64,000 nucleotides of DNA from Ignavibacteriota bacterium (GTDB lineage: Bacteria; Bacteroidota; Ignavibacteria; Palsa-1295): NCBI GenBank assembly GCA_963787835.1, contig CAWBEI010000002.1, forward strand, positions 1,312,001-1,376,000, in the 5' to 3' direction. Below are positions 1 to 9,375 of the stretch, one piece after another (positions within the stretch are counted from its first letter, which is position 1; every line of letters begins with the position of its first letter). The notes under the pieces were generated by a model. The model saw only the letters and a list, made by a program, of their open reading frames with translations, searched no databases and was not told the DNA's origin. The position numbers were made by a program, and so were the translations under genes.

Positions 1-347
1 CCGGGACCAACCTGCGTAATGCTTTCAGTGAATAAGTCGGTCAGGCCGGTGGTAAGGTCGGGGTAAGGCGTTGTATTGTCGGTATAGATCGGTGCTGCCA
101 GGGTAAGATCTACCTGAGTGCGAAGCGAGAGTGCCGTTGCCCTGGCGTCATCGCGCGCAATTTCATACTTGCGTTTTGCTTCAAAGAGCGCCGGTGATTG
201 TCTATGAGCGATCTGCAGGCATTCATCCAGCGAGATCGACCGCTGCGCGTAAGCAGATGAAAAAATAAAGGCACCGAAGATGAAAGCAAAGAAGATAAAG
301 ATTCCTTTACCCTTTACCCTTTGCCCTTTACCCTTGAAACTATTCAT
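1..347 (-). CDS. TolC-family outer membrane efflux protein, N-terminal part (runs off the window start)
   Basis: Not in the ORF track. Manual translation from ATG at 347: MNSFKGKGQRVKGKGIFIFFAFIFGAFIFSSAYAQRSISLDECLQIAHRQSPAL... shows a signal peptide followed by the TolC-type LSLxExxxxA start. The ATG overlaps the permease stop (ATGAATAG), downstream of the adaptor and permease genes. Confidence 0.75.
   Translation of the reverse strand, partial: MNSFKGKGQRVKGKGIFIFFAFIFGAFIFSSAYAQRSISLDECLQIAHRQSPALFEAKRKYEIARDDARATALSLRTQVDLTLAAPIYTDNTTPYPDLTTGLTDLFTESITQVGP
304..334. repeat. Heptamer tandem repeat (CCTTTAC)n, translated as KGKGQRVKGKG in the TolC N-terminus
   Basis: cctttac cctttac cctttgc cctttac; same unit as the arms at 1654-1812. 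Confidence 0.85.
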
Positions 348-1644
348 ATCTCAGCGCCTCGATAGGATCTTTTCGTGCGGCTTGGCGAGCGGGATAATAT
401 CCGAACACGACACCAGTGGCAACGCTTACACCGAAGGCCAGCAGCATGGAAACCGGTGTTACGACCGTCCGCCATTCCGCATATGTCGAGATCGCACGGG
501 TCATGGCATAGCCCAGCGCAAGGCCCATCAACCCACCGGACATGGAGAGAATAACAGCCTCGCTTAAAAATTGCGAGGTGACCGTCCGAGCCGTTGCACC
601 GAGGGCGCGGCGAATGCCGATCTCGTGCGTGCGTTCGAGCACGCTCGCAAGCATGATGTTCATAATGCCTATGCCGCCGACCATGAGCGAAATACTCGCG
701 ATCGCCAGCATGACCACATTGAAGATACGCTCGGTCGCCTGGGACTGCCGGAGAAGTTCCTCCGGAACCGTGACGGAAAAATCCTCGGCTTTGTTGTGGC
801 GTCGAGTCAGGATACGGGTGATGATCGATGCCGCTTCGCGCGCGTCCGCATCGGGGCGTAATTTAACGGTGATCTCATCGATCTCTGGCTGAACCTTGCT
901 CTGATTGGCGGAATAGGTTCCGCCACTGTAGGCAACGTTGGTCTTTACCACATCTTTCTCAATTCCAAATTTGAACTCGGATGTTGTGACCGGCACATAG
1001 ACGTCAAGGTTTTGGTTGCGAGTTGCAGGACCTGAAAATTTTGCGGCGTGTCCACGGTCGCTCATCACGCCGATAACCGTGAACCATTCATCGCCCAATT
1101 TAATATGTTCACCAAGCGCCGACTTAAAGCCGAACAGTTTGCGCTTCGCCTGATCGCCGATCACGCAATTATTGGCGATCTCAGAAAGATCGTTCATCGT
1201 GACAAATCGGCCATCCGCCAGCGATGCCGGATAAATGGTCATGTAGCTTGGCGTTACACCGATGACAGTTACATCGGCATGTTCGCCGCCAAAGAACGCA
1301 AGTTCCTTATGCTCGGCGGTTGCTTCCACTGCTTCGGAAAAAGGACATTCGGCGGCGATGGCATCCGCATCTTTGGTGGTAAGCCCTTCGGAATTGGTAA
1401 CTTTTGGTTTCTCCGATGTTTGGGTTGGCTGATCCTCGGGGACGACGGCGCGCACAATAATATTGTGCAGACCCATGATAGAGATCTGCTCCATCGTCTC
1501 AAGGCGTGCACCTTCGCCTATGGAAAGCATGGCTACGACTGCGCCAACTCCAAAGACAACCCCAAGCACCGTCAGTACGGAGCGCACCTTATGGGCTAGC
1601 ACGCTCTGGATGCTCATGGAGAAGATCTCGGCTAAACTCAGCAC
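340..1644 (-). CDS. MacB/FtsX-like ABC transporter permease
   Basis: RSVLTVLGVVFGVGAVVAMLSIGEG N-terminal TM, periplasmic domain, GGIGIMNIMLASVLERTHEIGIRRALGA motif, C-terminal DPIEALRYE. Confidence 0.95.
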   Translation of the reverse strand: MLSLAEIFSMSIQSVLAHKVRSVLTVLGVVFGVGAVVAMLSIGEGARLETMEQISIMGLHNIIVRAVVPEDQPTQTSEKPKVTNSEGLTTKDADAIAAECPFSEAVEATAEHKELAFFGGEHADVTVIGVTPSYMTIYPASLADGRFVTMNDLSEIANNCVIGDQAKRKLFGFKSALGEHIKLGDEWFTVIGVMSDRGHAAKFSGPATRNQNLDVYVPVTTSEFKFGIEKDVVKTNVAYSGGTYSANQSKVQPEIDEITVKLRPDADAREAASIITRILTRRHNKAEDFSVTVPEELLRQSQATERIFNVVMLAIASISLMVGGIGIMNIMLASVLERTHEIGIRRALGATARTVTSQFLSEAVILSMSGGLMGLALGYAMTRAISTYAEWRTVVTPVSMLLAFGVSVATGVVFGYYPARQAARKDPIEALRYE

Positions 1645-1653
1645 TTAGTTTGG

Positions 1654-1812
1654 TAGGGTAAAGGGTAGGGGGTAAAGGGTAAAGTAGAATTAAAAAGCAG
1701 AATTTTTAGACTTTATTTTATATGCTCGGTAGCTTTTAAGTGGTTCAGCCATTAGTCATCTCACATCGTTTTTGCATTCACTTTACCCTTTACCCGTTGC
1801 CCTTTACCCTTA
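1654..1812. repeat. Inverted heptamer-repeat cassette (AGGGTAA)n ... (TTACCCT)n enclosing a 20-codon mini-ORF
   Basis: Left arm 1654-1684 and right arm 1781-1812 are reverse complements of the same 7-mer. The AT-rich interior contains the minus-strand ORF 1690-1752 (MAEPLKSYRAYKIKSKNSAF). Confidence 0.8.
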
Positions 1813-3189
1813 TGATGAAGCCTTACCTTGTGCTGCATCCTTCTTCGGTTTCTCCTCGGGTTCCGAGTTCTTGTTCGGGTCGGTGAGGCTGACTTTCTCT
1901 CCTTCCTTCAGGCCTTTGGTTATGATCACAAAATTATCGTTCTTCTCACCCAGCGTTACCGGGCGCTTGTCGAATGAGGATCCATGCTGAACATATACGA
2001 CCGGTTTGCCGCCGTCATCGAACACCCCCTCGATGGGAACGGATATCACGTCCGGGATCGTACTCACGAGGATGCGAGCCGAGACCGTCATGCCTGGACG
2101 AAGGATCGAATCCGCCTGATCGAGATCGACGAGCACTTCAAACACTTTCACGCTCGGGTTGGACTCTTTCGGATTACCGATCGAAGCGACGTTCTTTATT
2201 TTTCCGGTGAATTTCCGGTCTGGGAACGCATCGAGCCGCACTTCTGCCACTTGATCCGGTTTGACCTTGCTGATATCGACTTCGTTCACCTCCAGCACTG
2301 CTTCCATGTGGGAAAGATCTGGGAGGATCATAACAGACTGGCCGGCCCAGGGCTGGTCGCCCCGCGTGAACTTCTTGCCGGTGCTCCAGTTTCGCTGATA
2401 GACGATTAGGCCGGCAGAGGGAGCATGTACCGTTAACTTTTCCGCATCGGATTTTGCCTGATCGAGTGCGGACTGGATCTGCGCGATCTTAAGATTCAGC
2501 GTGGCAAGATCACTCTTTCGAACCAGAGATTTGCCCTTAAGATTGTCCTCCGCCTGCGTATATGCAAGTTTTGCTTTCTGCAGATCGAGTTTCGACTCGC
2601 GTTGTTTCGACTCCGATTCGAACTTCATGTCGTCATCGGAAAGCTTGGCAAGTTCATATCCGAGTTTTGCATTCTCGTAAGCCATTTCGGCGTCTTCTTT
2701 GTCGGACTTTTGCTGCGCTTTTAGTTTGTCAAGATCGGCCTGCGCGGATTTAAGGTCGTTATTCTTATCCGCGATTGCTTTCATCTGGTCGGCAGGATCG
2801 AACGAGATAAGGAGTGCGCCGGAATCGACCCGGGTTCCCTCGGGAGCGAGATATTGAATGGCAAGCTGCATCCTTCCGGATGCCATCATAGGAGCAGATA
2901 CGGAACGGGAATGTTCTGCCTGAAGCTCGCCCGTTTCCACGACGACCACATCGAACCGCCCCCGCTTCGCTGTAGCCGTAAGCATCACGGCGGGATCCGC
3001 AGAAACAAATGCTCGAACAACGAAGAACGCGATCAGTAAAAGTATAACAATGGCAACGATCCTGACCCACTTCCGGCTGCTTTTCTGGGGTTTCCTGTCA
3101 GCACGAACAGGTTGAGGAGACACCACCGGGCGCGCGCTCGTGGATTGGATCTTCAAGGTCGGGGATGGGTTCGGGCGAACAGTGTCCAT
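1810..3189 (-). CDS. Efflux periplasmic adaptor (MacA/HlyD-family membrane fusion protein)
   Basis: N-terminal TM anchor, lipoyl-like half motif (EGTRVDSGALLISFD), long coiled coil, VNEVDISKVKPDQ and LRPGMT motifs. Start placed at ATG 3189; the track gives 3216. Confidence 0.92.
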   Translation of the reverse strand: MDTVRPNPSPTLKIQSTSARPVVSPQPVRADRKPQKSSRKWVRIVAIVILLLIAFFVVRAFVSADPAVMLTATAKRGRFDVVVVETGELQAEHSRSVSAPMMASGRMQLAIQYLAPEGTRVDSGALLISFDPADQMKAIADKNNDLKSAQADLDKLKAQQKSDKEDAEMAYENAKLGYELAKLSDDDMKFESESKQRESKLDLQKAKLAYTQAEDNLKGKSLVRKSDLATLNLKIAQIQSALDQAKSDAEKLTVHAPSAGLIVYQRNWSTGKKFTRGDQPWAGQSVMILPDLSHMEAVLEVNEVDISKVKPDQVAEVRLDAFPDRKFTGKIKNVASIGNPKESNPSVKVFEVLVDLDQADSILRPGMTVSARILVSTIPDVISVPIEGVFDDGGKPVVYVQHGSSFDKRPVTLGEKNDNFVIITKGLKEGEKVSLTDPNKNSEPEEKPKKDAAQGKASS

Positions 3190-3311
3190 GTGAAAAAAGC
3201 CAACTGGTCTAACCAACCAACGCTTACATTGGCAGAATGTTTCGAATTACGGGCAAACCGGTTGGCAGTTCGATCCTTAAGGGCTCTCCCCCGTGCTAAT
3301 TTCGAGAAAAA

Positions 3312-4724
3312 TTAGACGATTCTTCCCCCAAAGGCATCCCCATGTTCAGGGGTATGCTCATCGTGTTGGGTAACCGTTTCCTCATTAATGGCCTGAACGA
3401 CCGCGCGGCTTCCGCGCATTTGGATAACAGAGACCGTTGTGCCGGGTGCAATGAATTCCCCGCCTGTTACCGCATCGATCTTTCGGTTGTCGAGAAGTAC
3501 AATTCCGGCTGGGCGCAACATCGTCTGAGTAATGCCCTGCTTACCAACGATCATCGCTTGTTCCGTAGCATAAAATCCTGTATCGGCGGTGGTTGCCAGG
3601 TTGCGGAATTTTTGGAGCCATGTTGATTTCGGGCCGTATTTTACGATGAGAAATCCGAGCACGATCACACCGGAAAGGGCAATAGCAAGAGTCACAAATG
3701 TTTGTGTGGTACGTTGGGGCGTGAGGGTTTTAAGATCGCCAGCCAAAGCAAGGAAAAGTCCGGCGACAACGCCAATAATTCCGAGCACTCCGGCGAGGCC
3801 AAACGTTGGAACCGGAGAAACCTCGATGAGCAGAAGCGTGATGCCGGCTAAGAACAGAACAATCGCGATGAACGGAGCAACGCTCGTGATATACTGCCCG
3901 CCAAAGAACAGCGCGAATGCCGCAACCGCCGCAATAGTGATCGCGCCAAAGTGGCCGGTCTTGATCGTGTAAAATGCTCCCGCCATTCCGATCATGATGA
4001 GTAGGGAACTGACTATTGCAGAGGTGAGAAAACGAATGAGTTTATCGCCAAAGCTTTCATCTGTGTTGATAATATCGGTCGCCTGGATTCCAACTGCTGC
4101 AAGCGCGGCATCGACGGTCTCGGCTGTAGTGTCCGCATATTTAATTTTGACGGCATCATCCTTGGTAAGCGTGAGAAGCTTGCCGGCGGGAAGGAAAAGG
4201 CCGGTGCTGGAATCCAGCCCGTTGGTTTCATCGACCATCGCTACGGCAAAGCGCGGATCGCGGTGGTTGCTTTCAGCAGTTGAGCTCATTTCAGCCCGCA
4301 TGTAGGAATTTACTTTTTCGGATGCTTTTTCGCCGGTTGCGTAAATAGGCGTGGCTGCACCCATCGTCGAGCCGCTGGACATCACGATCTTTTTCGCAGC
4401 GAGCGAAATAAGCGAGCCGGCGGAAATAGCGCGCTTATCAATGAATGCAATGGTGAGCTGTACTTTTGCATTCAGGATCGCATCGCGGATCTTTATTGCA
4501 GCATCCAGCGCGCCGCCAAGCGTATTGACATGCAGCAGGATCACCGCATGGTCTTTTTCAGCCTCATTTACAGCTCGATCGACGTAAGAAGCCATTCCGG
4601 CATCGACTTCATTCTTGATCTCAATAACAAGCACGCGGTGCTCGCCTTTTACGCTGTTATCCTGCGCAAAAGACGATCGAAACGCGAGAAAAGAAAGACA
4701 GAGTAGGAAGACGGTGGTTTTCAT
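3312..4724 (-). CDS. nfeD: NfeD-family membrane-bound ClpP-class serine protease
   Basis: Signal peptide from MKTTVF (ATG 4724), NTLGG and AISAGSLI ClpP-like motifs, multi-TM region, C-terminal OB-fold LRPAG motif. Confidence 0.88.
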   Translation of the reverse strand: MKTTVFLLCLSFLAFRSSFAQDNSVKGEHRVLVIEIKNEVDAGMASYVDRAVNEAEKDHAVILLHVNTLGGALDAAIKIRDAILNAKVQLTIAFIDKRAISAGSLISLAAKKIVMSSGSTMGAATPIYATGEKASEKVNSYMRAEMSSTAESNHRDPRFAVAMVDETNGLDSSTGLFLPAGKLLTLTKDDAVKIKYADTTAETVDAALAAVGIQATDIINTDESFGDKLIRFLTSAIVSSLLIMIGMAGAFYTIKTGHFGAITIAAVAAFALFFGGQYITSVAPFIAIVLFLAGITLLLIEVSPVPTFGLAGVLGIIGVVAGLFLALAGDLKTLTPQRTTQTFVTLAIALSGVIVLGFLIVKYGPKSTWLQKFRNLATTADTGFYATEQAMIVGKQGITQTMLRPAGIVLLDNRKIDAVTGGEFIAPGTTVSVIQMRGSRAVVQAINEETVTQHDEHTPEHGDAFGGRIV

Positions 4725-4799
4725 AACTCTGGTAAAGCCGTAAGGGGGCGAGAGGGTTTCCCGAGTGCAATAAACATCAAAACCAGAATTCTGATAAAA

Positions 4800-4836
4800 T
4801 AAAAAAGCCCCAGTCAAATAGACTGGGGCCTTTTAA
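4800..4836 (-). terminator. Intrinsic terminator after rplQ
   Basis: aaaaaa gccccagtc aaata gactggggc ctttt: 9-bp stem with A/T tracts on both sides. Confidence 0.85.
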
Positions 4837-4852
4837 ATTTAGAGCAGGATTA

Positions 4853-5407
4853 TTAGGCTGCTTCTGCTTTTTTCTTTCGCGTAGCGCGAGGCTTCTTTGG
4901 GCCTTCCTCGGCAGCTTCAGCTTCAGCGAGTTTCGCTTCGGCAGTTTTTGCCTTGTTGCGGGTCGGGCGCGGCTTGGCGGCAGCGGCTGCCGGTGCAGCA
5001 GTCGGCGTTTCAGCCTCGCTCCAATCGACAAGCTCGATGATCGCCATCTCGGCGTTATCGCCGTGACGGTATCCGAGCTTTACGACGCGGGTGTATCCAC
5101 CCGGTCGGTCCTTCGAGCGCGGGGCGATCTCGGTGAAGAGCGATTTGATCGCAGCATCATCCTTAATAACCTTCCCGATCTCTCGGCGTGCGTGAATGAG
5201 CGATGCCGCAGCCGAAGCGCCTTCGAGCGCAAGCGAACGCTTGGCCCGCGTGATGATCGGCTCGACGTAATGCCGCATTTCCTTCGCTTTCGCTTCGGTC
5301 GTCTTGATGCGTTTATGCAGCAAGAGCGAGGTCGCAAGTCCGCTGAGTGTCGCGGCGCGATGGCTTGCGGTGCGCTTTAATTTTCTTCCTTTTACTCCGT
5401 GTCTCAT
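4853..5407 (-). CDS. rplQ: 50S ribosomal protein L17 with Ala/Lys/Glu-rich C-terminal extension
   Basis: [25 protein letters not shown] and [12 protein letters not shown] motifs; position after rpoA. Confidence 0.98.
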   Translation of the reverse strand: MRHGVKGRKLKRTASHRAATLSGLATSLLLHKRIKTTEAKAKEMRHYVEPIITRAKRSLALEGASAAASLIHARREIGKVIKDDAAIKSLFTEIAPRSKDRPGGYTRVVKLGYRHGDNAEMAIIELVDWSEAETPTAAPAAAAAKPRPTRNKAKTAEAKLAEAEAAEEGPKKPRATRKKKAEAA

Positions 5408-5412
5408 TTGAA

Positions 5413-5492
<80 letters not shown>

Positions 5493-5496
5493 CCAA

Positions 5497-6486
5497 TTAT
5501 GCTTCGGTGGTTTGGGGTTCGAGGTAATGATCGACATCCATCCCGAATGTCAGACCGAGTGAATCGACGATCTTACCAAGTTCGTCGAGAGATTTACGTC
5601 CGAAATTGCGGAACGTGAGAAGATCGCGTTCGTCCTTACGCACAAGCTCTGCGATGTTCTTGATGTTCGCGGCACGAAGGCAATTCTGCGAGCGAACCGA
5701 AAGTGTGAGCGAGTCGACCGGGGTCAGAAGCACCTGCCGGATGCGCTCGGTCTCGCTATCGGCGATCGGACGGCGCTCTTCCTTTTCTTCTTCGCCGCCA
5801 AAGCGAACGAAGAGATTGATGTGGTCGCGAAGAATGCGTCCTGCAATAGTTACCGCTTCTTCCGGGGTAACGGAACCATCGGTTTCCACTTCCAGGATGA
5901 GGCGTTCGTAATCGGTCTTCTGTCCGACGCGCGTCGGTTCGACGACATATCGAACGTTCACGATCGGGGTGTAGATCGAGTCGATAGCGATCGTTCCAAG
6001 CGGTGCATCGATCATCTTATTCTCTTCGGCGGGAACATACCCACGACCGTGTCCCACGCGGAGTTCCATCTGCACGTGTGCGCCGCTTGACATGGTGAAC
6101 AAATGGTGCTTGGGATTTAAAACTTCGATCTCCGGCGAAAGTTCTTGCAGATCGCCGGCGGTGAAATCCTTCGGTCCCTTGACATCGATGATCACGCGAG
6201 TGGAGCTTGATTGATCTGCGCGAAGGCGCACACCCTTCAAATTCAGGATGATCTCGGCCACGTCTTCAACAACGCCCTTGATCGTCGAGAATTCATGGAG
6301 CACCCCATCGAATCGAACACTGGTGAATGCAGTTCCGGGGATGGAGGCGAGCAGAACGCGGCGCATGGAATTCCCAAGCGTCGTTCCATATCCTTCTTCG
6401 AGTGGCGAGGCGATAAACCGGCCGAAAGTATTTGTCCGGGAGGAACCATCGAGTTCGATCCGGTCAGGCATGTGTAGATTGGTCAT
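5497..6486 (-). CDS. rpoA: DNA-directed RNA polymerase subunit alpha
   Basis: PLEEGYGTTLGNSMRRVLL, HEFSTIKGVVED, LSVRSQNCL and NFGRKSL motifs. Confidence 0.99.
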   Translation of the reverse strand: MTNLHMPDRIELDGSSRTNTFGRFIASPLEEGYGTTLGNSMRRVLLASIPGTAFTSVRFDGVLHEFSTIKGVVEDVAEIILNLKGVRLRADQSSSTRVIIDVKGPKDFTAGDLQELSPEIEVLNPKHHLFTMSSGAHVQMELRVGHGRGYVPAEENKMIDAPLGTIAIDSIYTPIVNVRYVVEPTRVGQKTDYERLILEVETDGSVTPEEAVTIAGRILRDHINLFVRFGGEEEKEERRPIADSETERIRQVLLTPVDSLTLSVRSQNCLRAANIKNIAELVRKDERDLLTFRNFGRKSLDELGKIVDSLGLTFGMDVDHYLEPQTTEA

Positions 6487-6568
6487 TTCTTCTTCGTGCT
6501 CCTCTTTCTGTAATAATATAAAACTTGTTAATCACGAACGGACGATCGCTCATCCGTTCGTTACCACG

Positions 6569-7201
6569 TTACTTGGAATAAAGCTCGACGATGAGCTGCT
6601 CGTTCGCAGTCAGCGGAATATCCGATCGCTCGGGCACGGCTAAAAACACGCCGGAAAGATTGGCCTTATCGAGCGAAAGCCAATTCGGTACTGCGGAGTC
6701 CCCACGCGTACGCTGGAGCGATTCATGCACGACGGAAAGCCTGCGGCTCGATTCCTTGATCTGGATCGTATCTCCAGGAGAAACAAGAGCCGAAGGAATA
6801 TTTAAAATTCCACCATTGACTGTGATGTGCCGGTGCAGAATAAGCTGACGCGCGGCCTTGCGGCTGGGCGCAAGATTCAGACGATAGACAACATTATCCA
6901 ATCTGCGCTCGAGGAGTTTTACCAGGTTCTCGCCGGTAACTCCGCGGAGCTTCTGCGCCTTTTCGAAGGTATTACGGAACTGGGTTTCGAGCATTCCGTA
7001 GGTCCGGCGCACCTTTTGCTTCTCGCGAAGCTGAACACCATATTCAGAAACCTTCTGGCGGCGGTTCAGGCCGTGCTGTCCCGGCGGATACGCCCGTTTC
7101 TCAACAGGGCATTTCTCCGAGTAACACTTTGCGCCTTTCAAAAAAAGCTTCTGCCGCTCGCGGCGGCACAGCTTGCACGATGAATCTGTATAACGAGCCA
7201 T
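6569..7201 (-). CDS. rpsD: 30S ribosomal protein S4
   Basis: MARYT..CKLCRRE (Zn-binding type), [24 protein letters not shown]. Confidence 0.99.
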   Translation of the reverse strand: MARYTDSSCKLCRRERQKLFLKGAKCYSEKCPVEKRAYPPGQHGLNRRQKVSEYGVQLREKQKVRRTYGMLETQFRNTFEKAQKLRGVTGENLVKLLERRLDNVVYRLNLAPSRKAARQLILHRHITVNGGILNIPSALVSPGDTIQIKESSRRLSVVHESLQRTRGDSAVPNWLSLDKANLSGVFLAVPERSDIPLTANEQLIVELYSK

Positions 7202-7206
7202 TATGT

Positions 7207-7364
7207 CAATTAAGAATTAAGAATTAAGAATGAAGAGTTAACTCTTCCATCCATAATTCGGCCTTCGTCCTTCACCATGGTTCGGGTGAAGTTTACAGCC
7301 TAAAAAATTACCTGTTAAAAATGAAAAGTTCAAGATTCTACTCTTAACTCGTCATTCTTAACTC
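7207..7364. repeat. Inverted heptamer cassette (AATTAAG)n ... (CTTAACT)n between rpsK and rpsD
   Basis: aattaagaattaagaattaagaatgaagagttaa ... ctcttaactcgtcattcttaactc, flanking about 100 bp. Confidence 0.75.
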
Positions 7365-7368
7365 AAAA

Positions 7369-7770
7369 CTATACGCGCCGTTTCTTCGGCGGGCGGCAGC
7401 CGTTGTGCGGCATCGGTGTAATGTCCCGAATGGTCAGGACTTCAATGCCGGCGGTTTGCAATGCGCGTACCGCTGCCTCGCGTCCGGAGCCGGGGCCTTT
7501 GATGAGCACATCGACCTTGCGAAGTCCCATATCGAAGGCTTCCTTCGCGCAATTTTCTGCAGAGACCTGCGCAGCGAACGGGGTGTTCTTGCGCGAGCCC
7601 TTGAAACCCATTTTGCCGGCCGTAGCCCACGAAAGTGTGTTGCCACGAACATCCGTGAGCGTGATAAGCACGTTGTTGAACGTCGCCTTCACATGCGCGA
7701 CGCCAAGCGCCTCCGCCTGGATCTTTTTCTTCTTCTTGGTACCCTTGGTTGCTGCTGCTGCTTTTGCCAT
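7369..7770 (-). CDS. rpsK: 30S ribosomal protein S11
   Basis: [39 protein letters not shown]; start at ATG 7770 (MAKAAA). Confidence 0.99.
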   Translation of the reverse strand: MAKAAAATKGTKKKKKIQAEALGVAHVKATFNNVLITLTDVRGNTLSWATAGKMGFKGSRKNTPFAAQVSAENCAKEAFDMGLRKVDVLIKGPGSGREAAVRALQTAGIEVLTIRDITPMPHNGCRPPKKRRV

Positions 7771-7809
7771 GCTATCTAATAATCGCAAACTAAAGTTTGC
7801 GCTACATTT

Positions 7810-8187
7810 TTACTTGGTTGCTTTCTTCTTTCCTGCAACGGTCTTTCGACGGCCTTTGCGGGTACGTGCGTTCGTGCGTGTACGTTGGCCGCGCACCGGA
7901 AGCCCTTTACGATGGCGCAATCCGCGATAGGAGCCAATATCCATCAAACGTTTGATGGCAAGCTGCATTTCGCTGCGGGCGGTTCCCTCTACCTTATAAT
8001 CGGCAGTGATGACGCCACGAATGTTCGTGACTTCATCCTCGGTCAGGTCGCCGATCTTCTTATCCTCGGAGATACCGACGGCCGAGAGTATCTTCTCCGC
8101 GCTGGTTCTGCCGATACCATAGATGTACGTCAGTCCGATTACGGACCGCTTGTTCTTCGGAAGGTCAATGCCGGCTATTCGAGCCAT
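7810..8187 (-). CDS. rpsM: 30S ribosomal protein S13
   Basis: [36 protein letters not shown]. Confidence 0.99.
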   Translation of the reverse strand: MARIAGIDLPKNKRSVIGLTYIYGIGRTSAEKILSAVGISEDKKIGDLTEDEVTNIRGVITADYKVEGTARSEMQLAIKRLMDIGSYRGLRHRKGLPVRGQRTRTNARTRKGRRKTVAGKKKATK

Positions 8188-8190
8188 TCT

Positions 8191-8288
8191 AAAAGTGCTA
8201 AAGTGCTAAGTTCTGAAGTACTAAAAATTCGGGATTCGTATTTCGATTAGAGCCCTAATTCTTAATTCTTAATTTTTAATTCTTAATT
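8191..8288. repeat. Heptamer arrays (AAGTGCT)n and (TAATTCT)n between rpmJ and rpsM
   Basis: aaagtgctaaagtgctaagttctgaagtact ... taattcttaattcttaatttttaattcttaatt. The two arms use different units. Confidence 0.75.
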
Positions 8289-8403
8289 ACCCCTGACGCT
8301 GCTTGTGCTTCGGATTTGTTTTGCAGATCACGCGCACGACACCCTTTCGGGTGATCACCTTACAATTTTCGCAGCGCTTTTTTACCGATGCCTGTACTTT
8401 CAT
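8287..8403 (-). CDS. rpmJ: 50S ribosomal protein L36
   Basis: Not in the track. Manual translation [38 protein letters not shown] (38 aa, CxxC...C...H zinc ribbon). Confidence 0.98.
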   Translation of the reverse strand: MKVQASVKKRCENCKVITRKGVVRVICKTNPKHKQRQG

Positions 8404-8442
8404 GTTCGTGTCTTAAAAAATTGTGTCAAAGTCGCCTTTTAC

Positions 8443-8568
8443 GTCATTGCGAGGAGAATCGAACGACCAGCGGGAGTTCGAATCGACGAAGCAATCTCTT
8501 ACTCTTCGGGCGGAGATTGCTTCGGAAGAATAACTTCGCTTCGCTTCGTTATTCTTTCTCGCAATGAC
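8443..8568. repeat. Palindromic element GTCATTGCGAG...GAAGCAATCTC...GAGATTGCTTC...CTCGCAATGAC, copy 1
   Basis: Terminal and internal inverted repeats; a closely similar copy lies at 49441-49581. Confidence 0.9.
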
Positions 8569-8594
8569 ATCCACAAGGGTGGATGTCGTGAGGG

Positions 8595-8813
8595 TTACTT
8601 ATACCGATAGGTAATTCGCCCCTTGCTCAGGTCATACGGGGAAAGCTCGATCGTTACGCGGTCCCCTTGCAAGATCTTGATGTAGTTCATCCGCATCTTG
8701 CCGGAAATACGTGCAAGGATCTCATGGCCGTTTTCCAGCTTCACTCGAAACGTTGCGTTCGGCAACGCTTCTTCTATTATGCCATCGACCGTGATCGCCC
8801 CTTGTTTGGCCAT
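8595..8813 (-). CDS. infA: Translation initiation factor IF-1
   Basis: [35 protein letters not shown]; 72 aa. Confidence 0.99.
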   Translation of the reverse strand: MAKQGAITVDGIIEEALPNATFRVKLENGHEILARISGKMRMNYIKILQGDRVTIELSPYDLSKGRITYRYK

Positions 8814-8987
8814 CTACTCCTTTTTCTGTATCCCTGTATGCCGGATTTCCCCAAAATTTGGAAAATTACCAGTAATGCCTTTATTATCAAAGACTTTACG
8901 TTAATTTAAAAGAAAGGAAACCCCTGCCCACCTTTTGAGCGCGGGGCATTAACCGAAAGGAAGTGTGGAATGTTCCAATGCTCGCCA

Positions 8988-9266
8988 GAACCGGGATTTT
9001 TGGGATGAATGGGATTTTTGTGATAAGAGTTGATATGTCATCCCGAGCGGAGCAAATCGTAGTCCGTCCCGGCGGACTACGATTTGCGTAGTCGAAGGAT
9101 CTCAGGACGTTCACCTCTGAGCCAAACTGCATGAGATCCTTCGACTACGTTCATTGCTCCTTCGTCGCAATGAACGTAGTCGAAGGATGACATTTTCTGA
9201 TAAGATTTTGCTCATTAGAATCCCCATCTCATTCATCCCAAAAATCCCATAAATCCCGGTTCAGAC
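8988..9266. repeat. Nested palindrome: outer 9-mer (GGGATTTTT)-type inverted arms around an inner ATGTCATCC...GGATGACAT element
   Basis: Outer arms gaaccgggatttttgggatgaatgggatt (8988-9016) and atctcattcatcccaaaaatcccataaatcccggttc (to 9262). The inner element 9035-9193 has three internal hairpins. Confidence 0.85.
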
Positions 9267-9375
9267 ATTTTCCCTCCGTGAACTCCCTTCCCGTTCTCGT
9301 AGTTTGCCGCCACTTGTCGTACTATAATATACCGCCCAAGGAACGTGCGTTTGTTATCGCACTTCAAAAGTTAAA

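Noticed and set aside
8896-9132. 78-aa and 101-aa ORFs across the palindromic elements (8896-9132 and 8305-8610)
   Set aside because: They are translations of repeat DNA or antisense to rpmJ, not credible genes.
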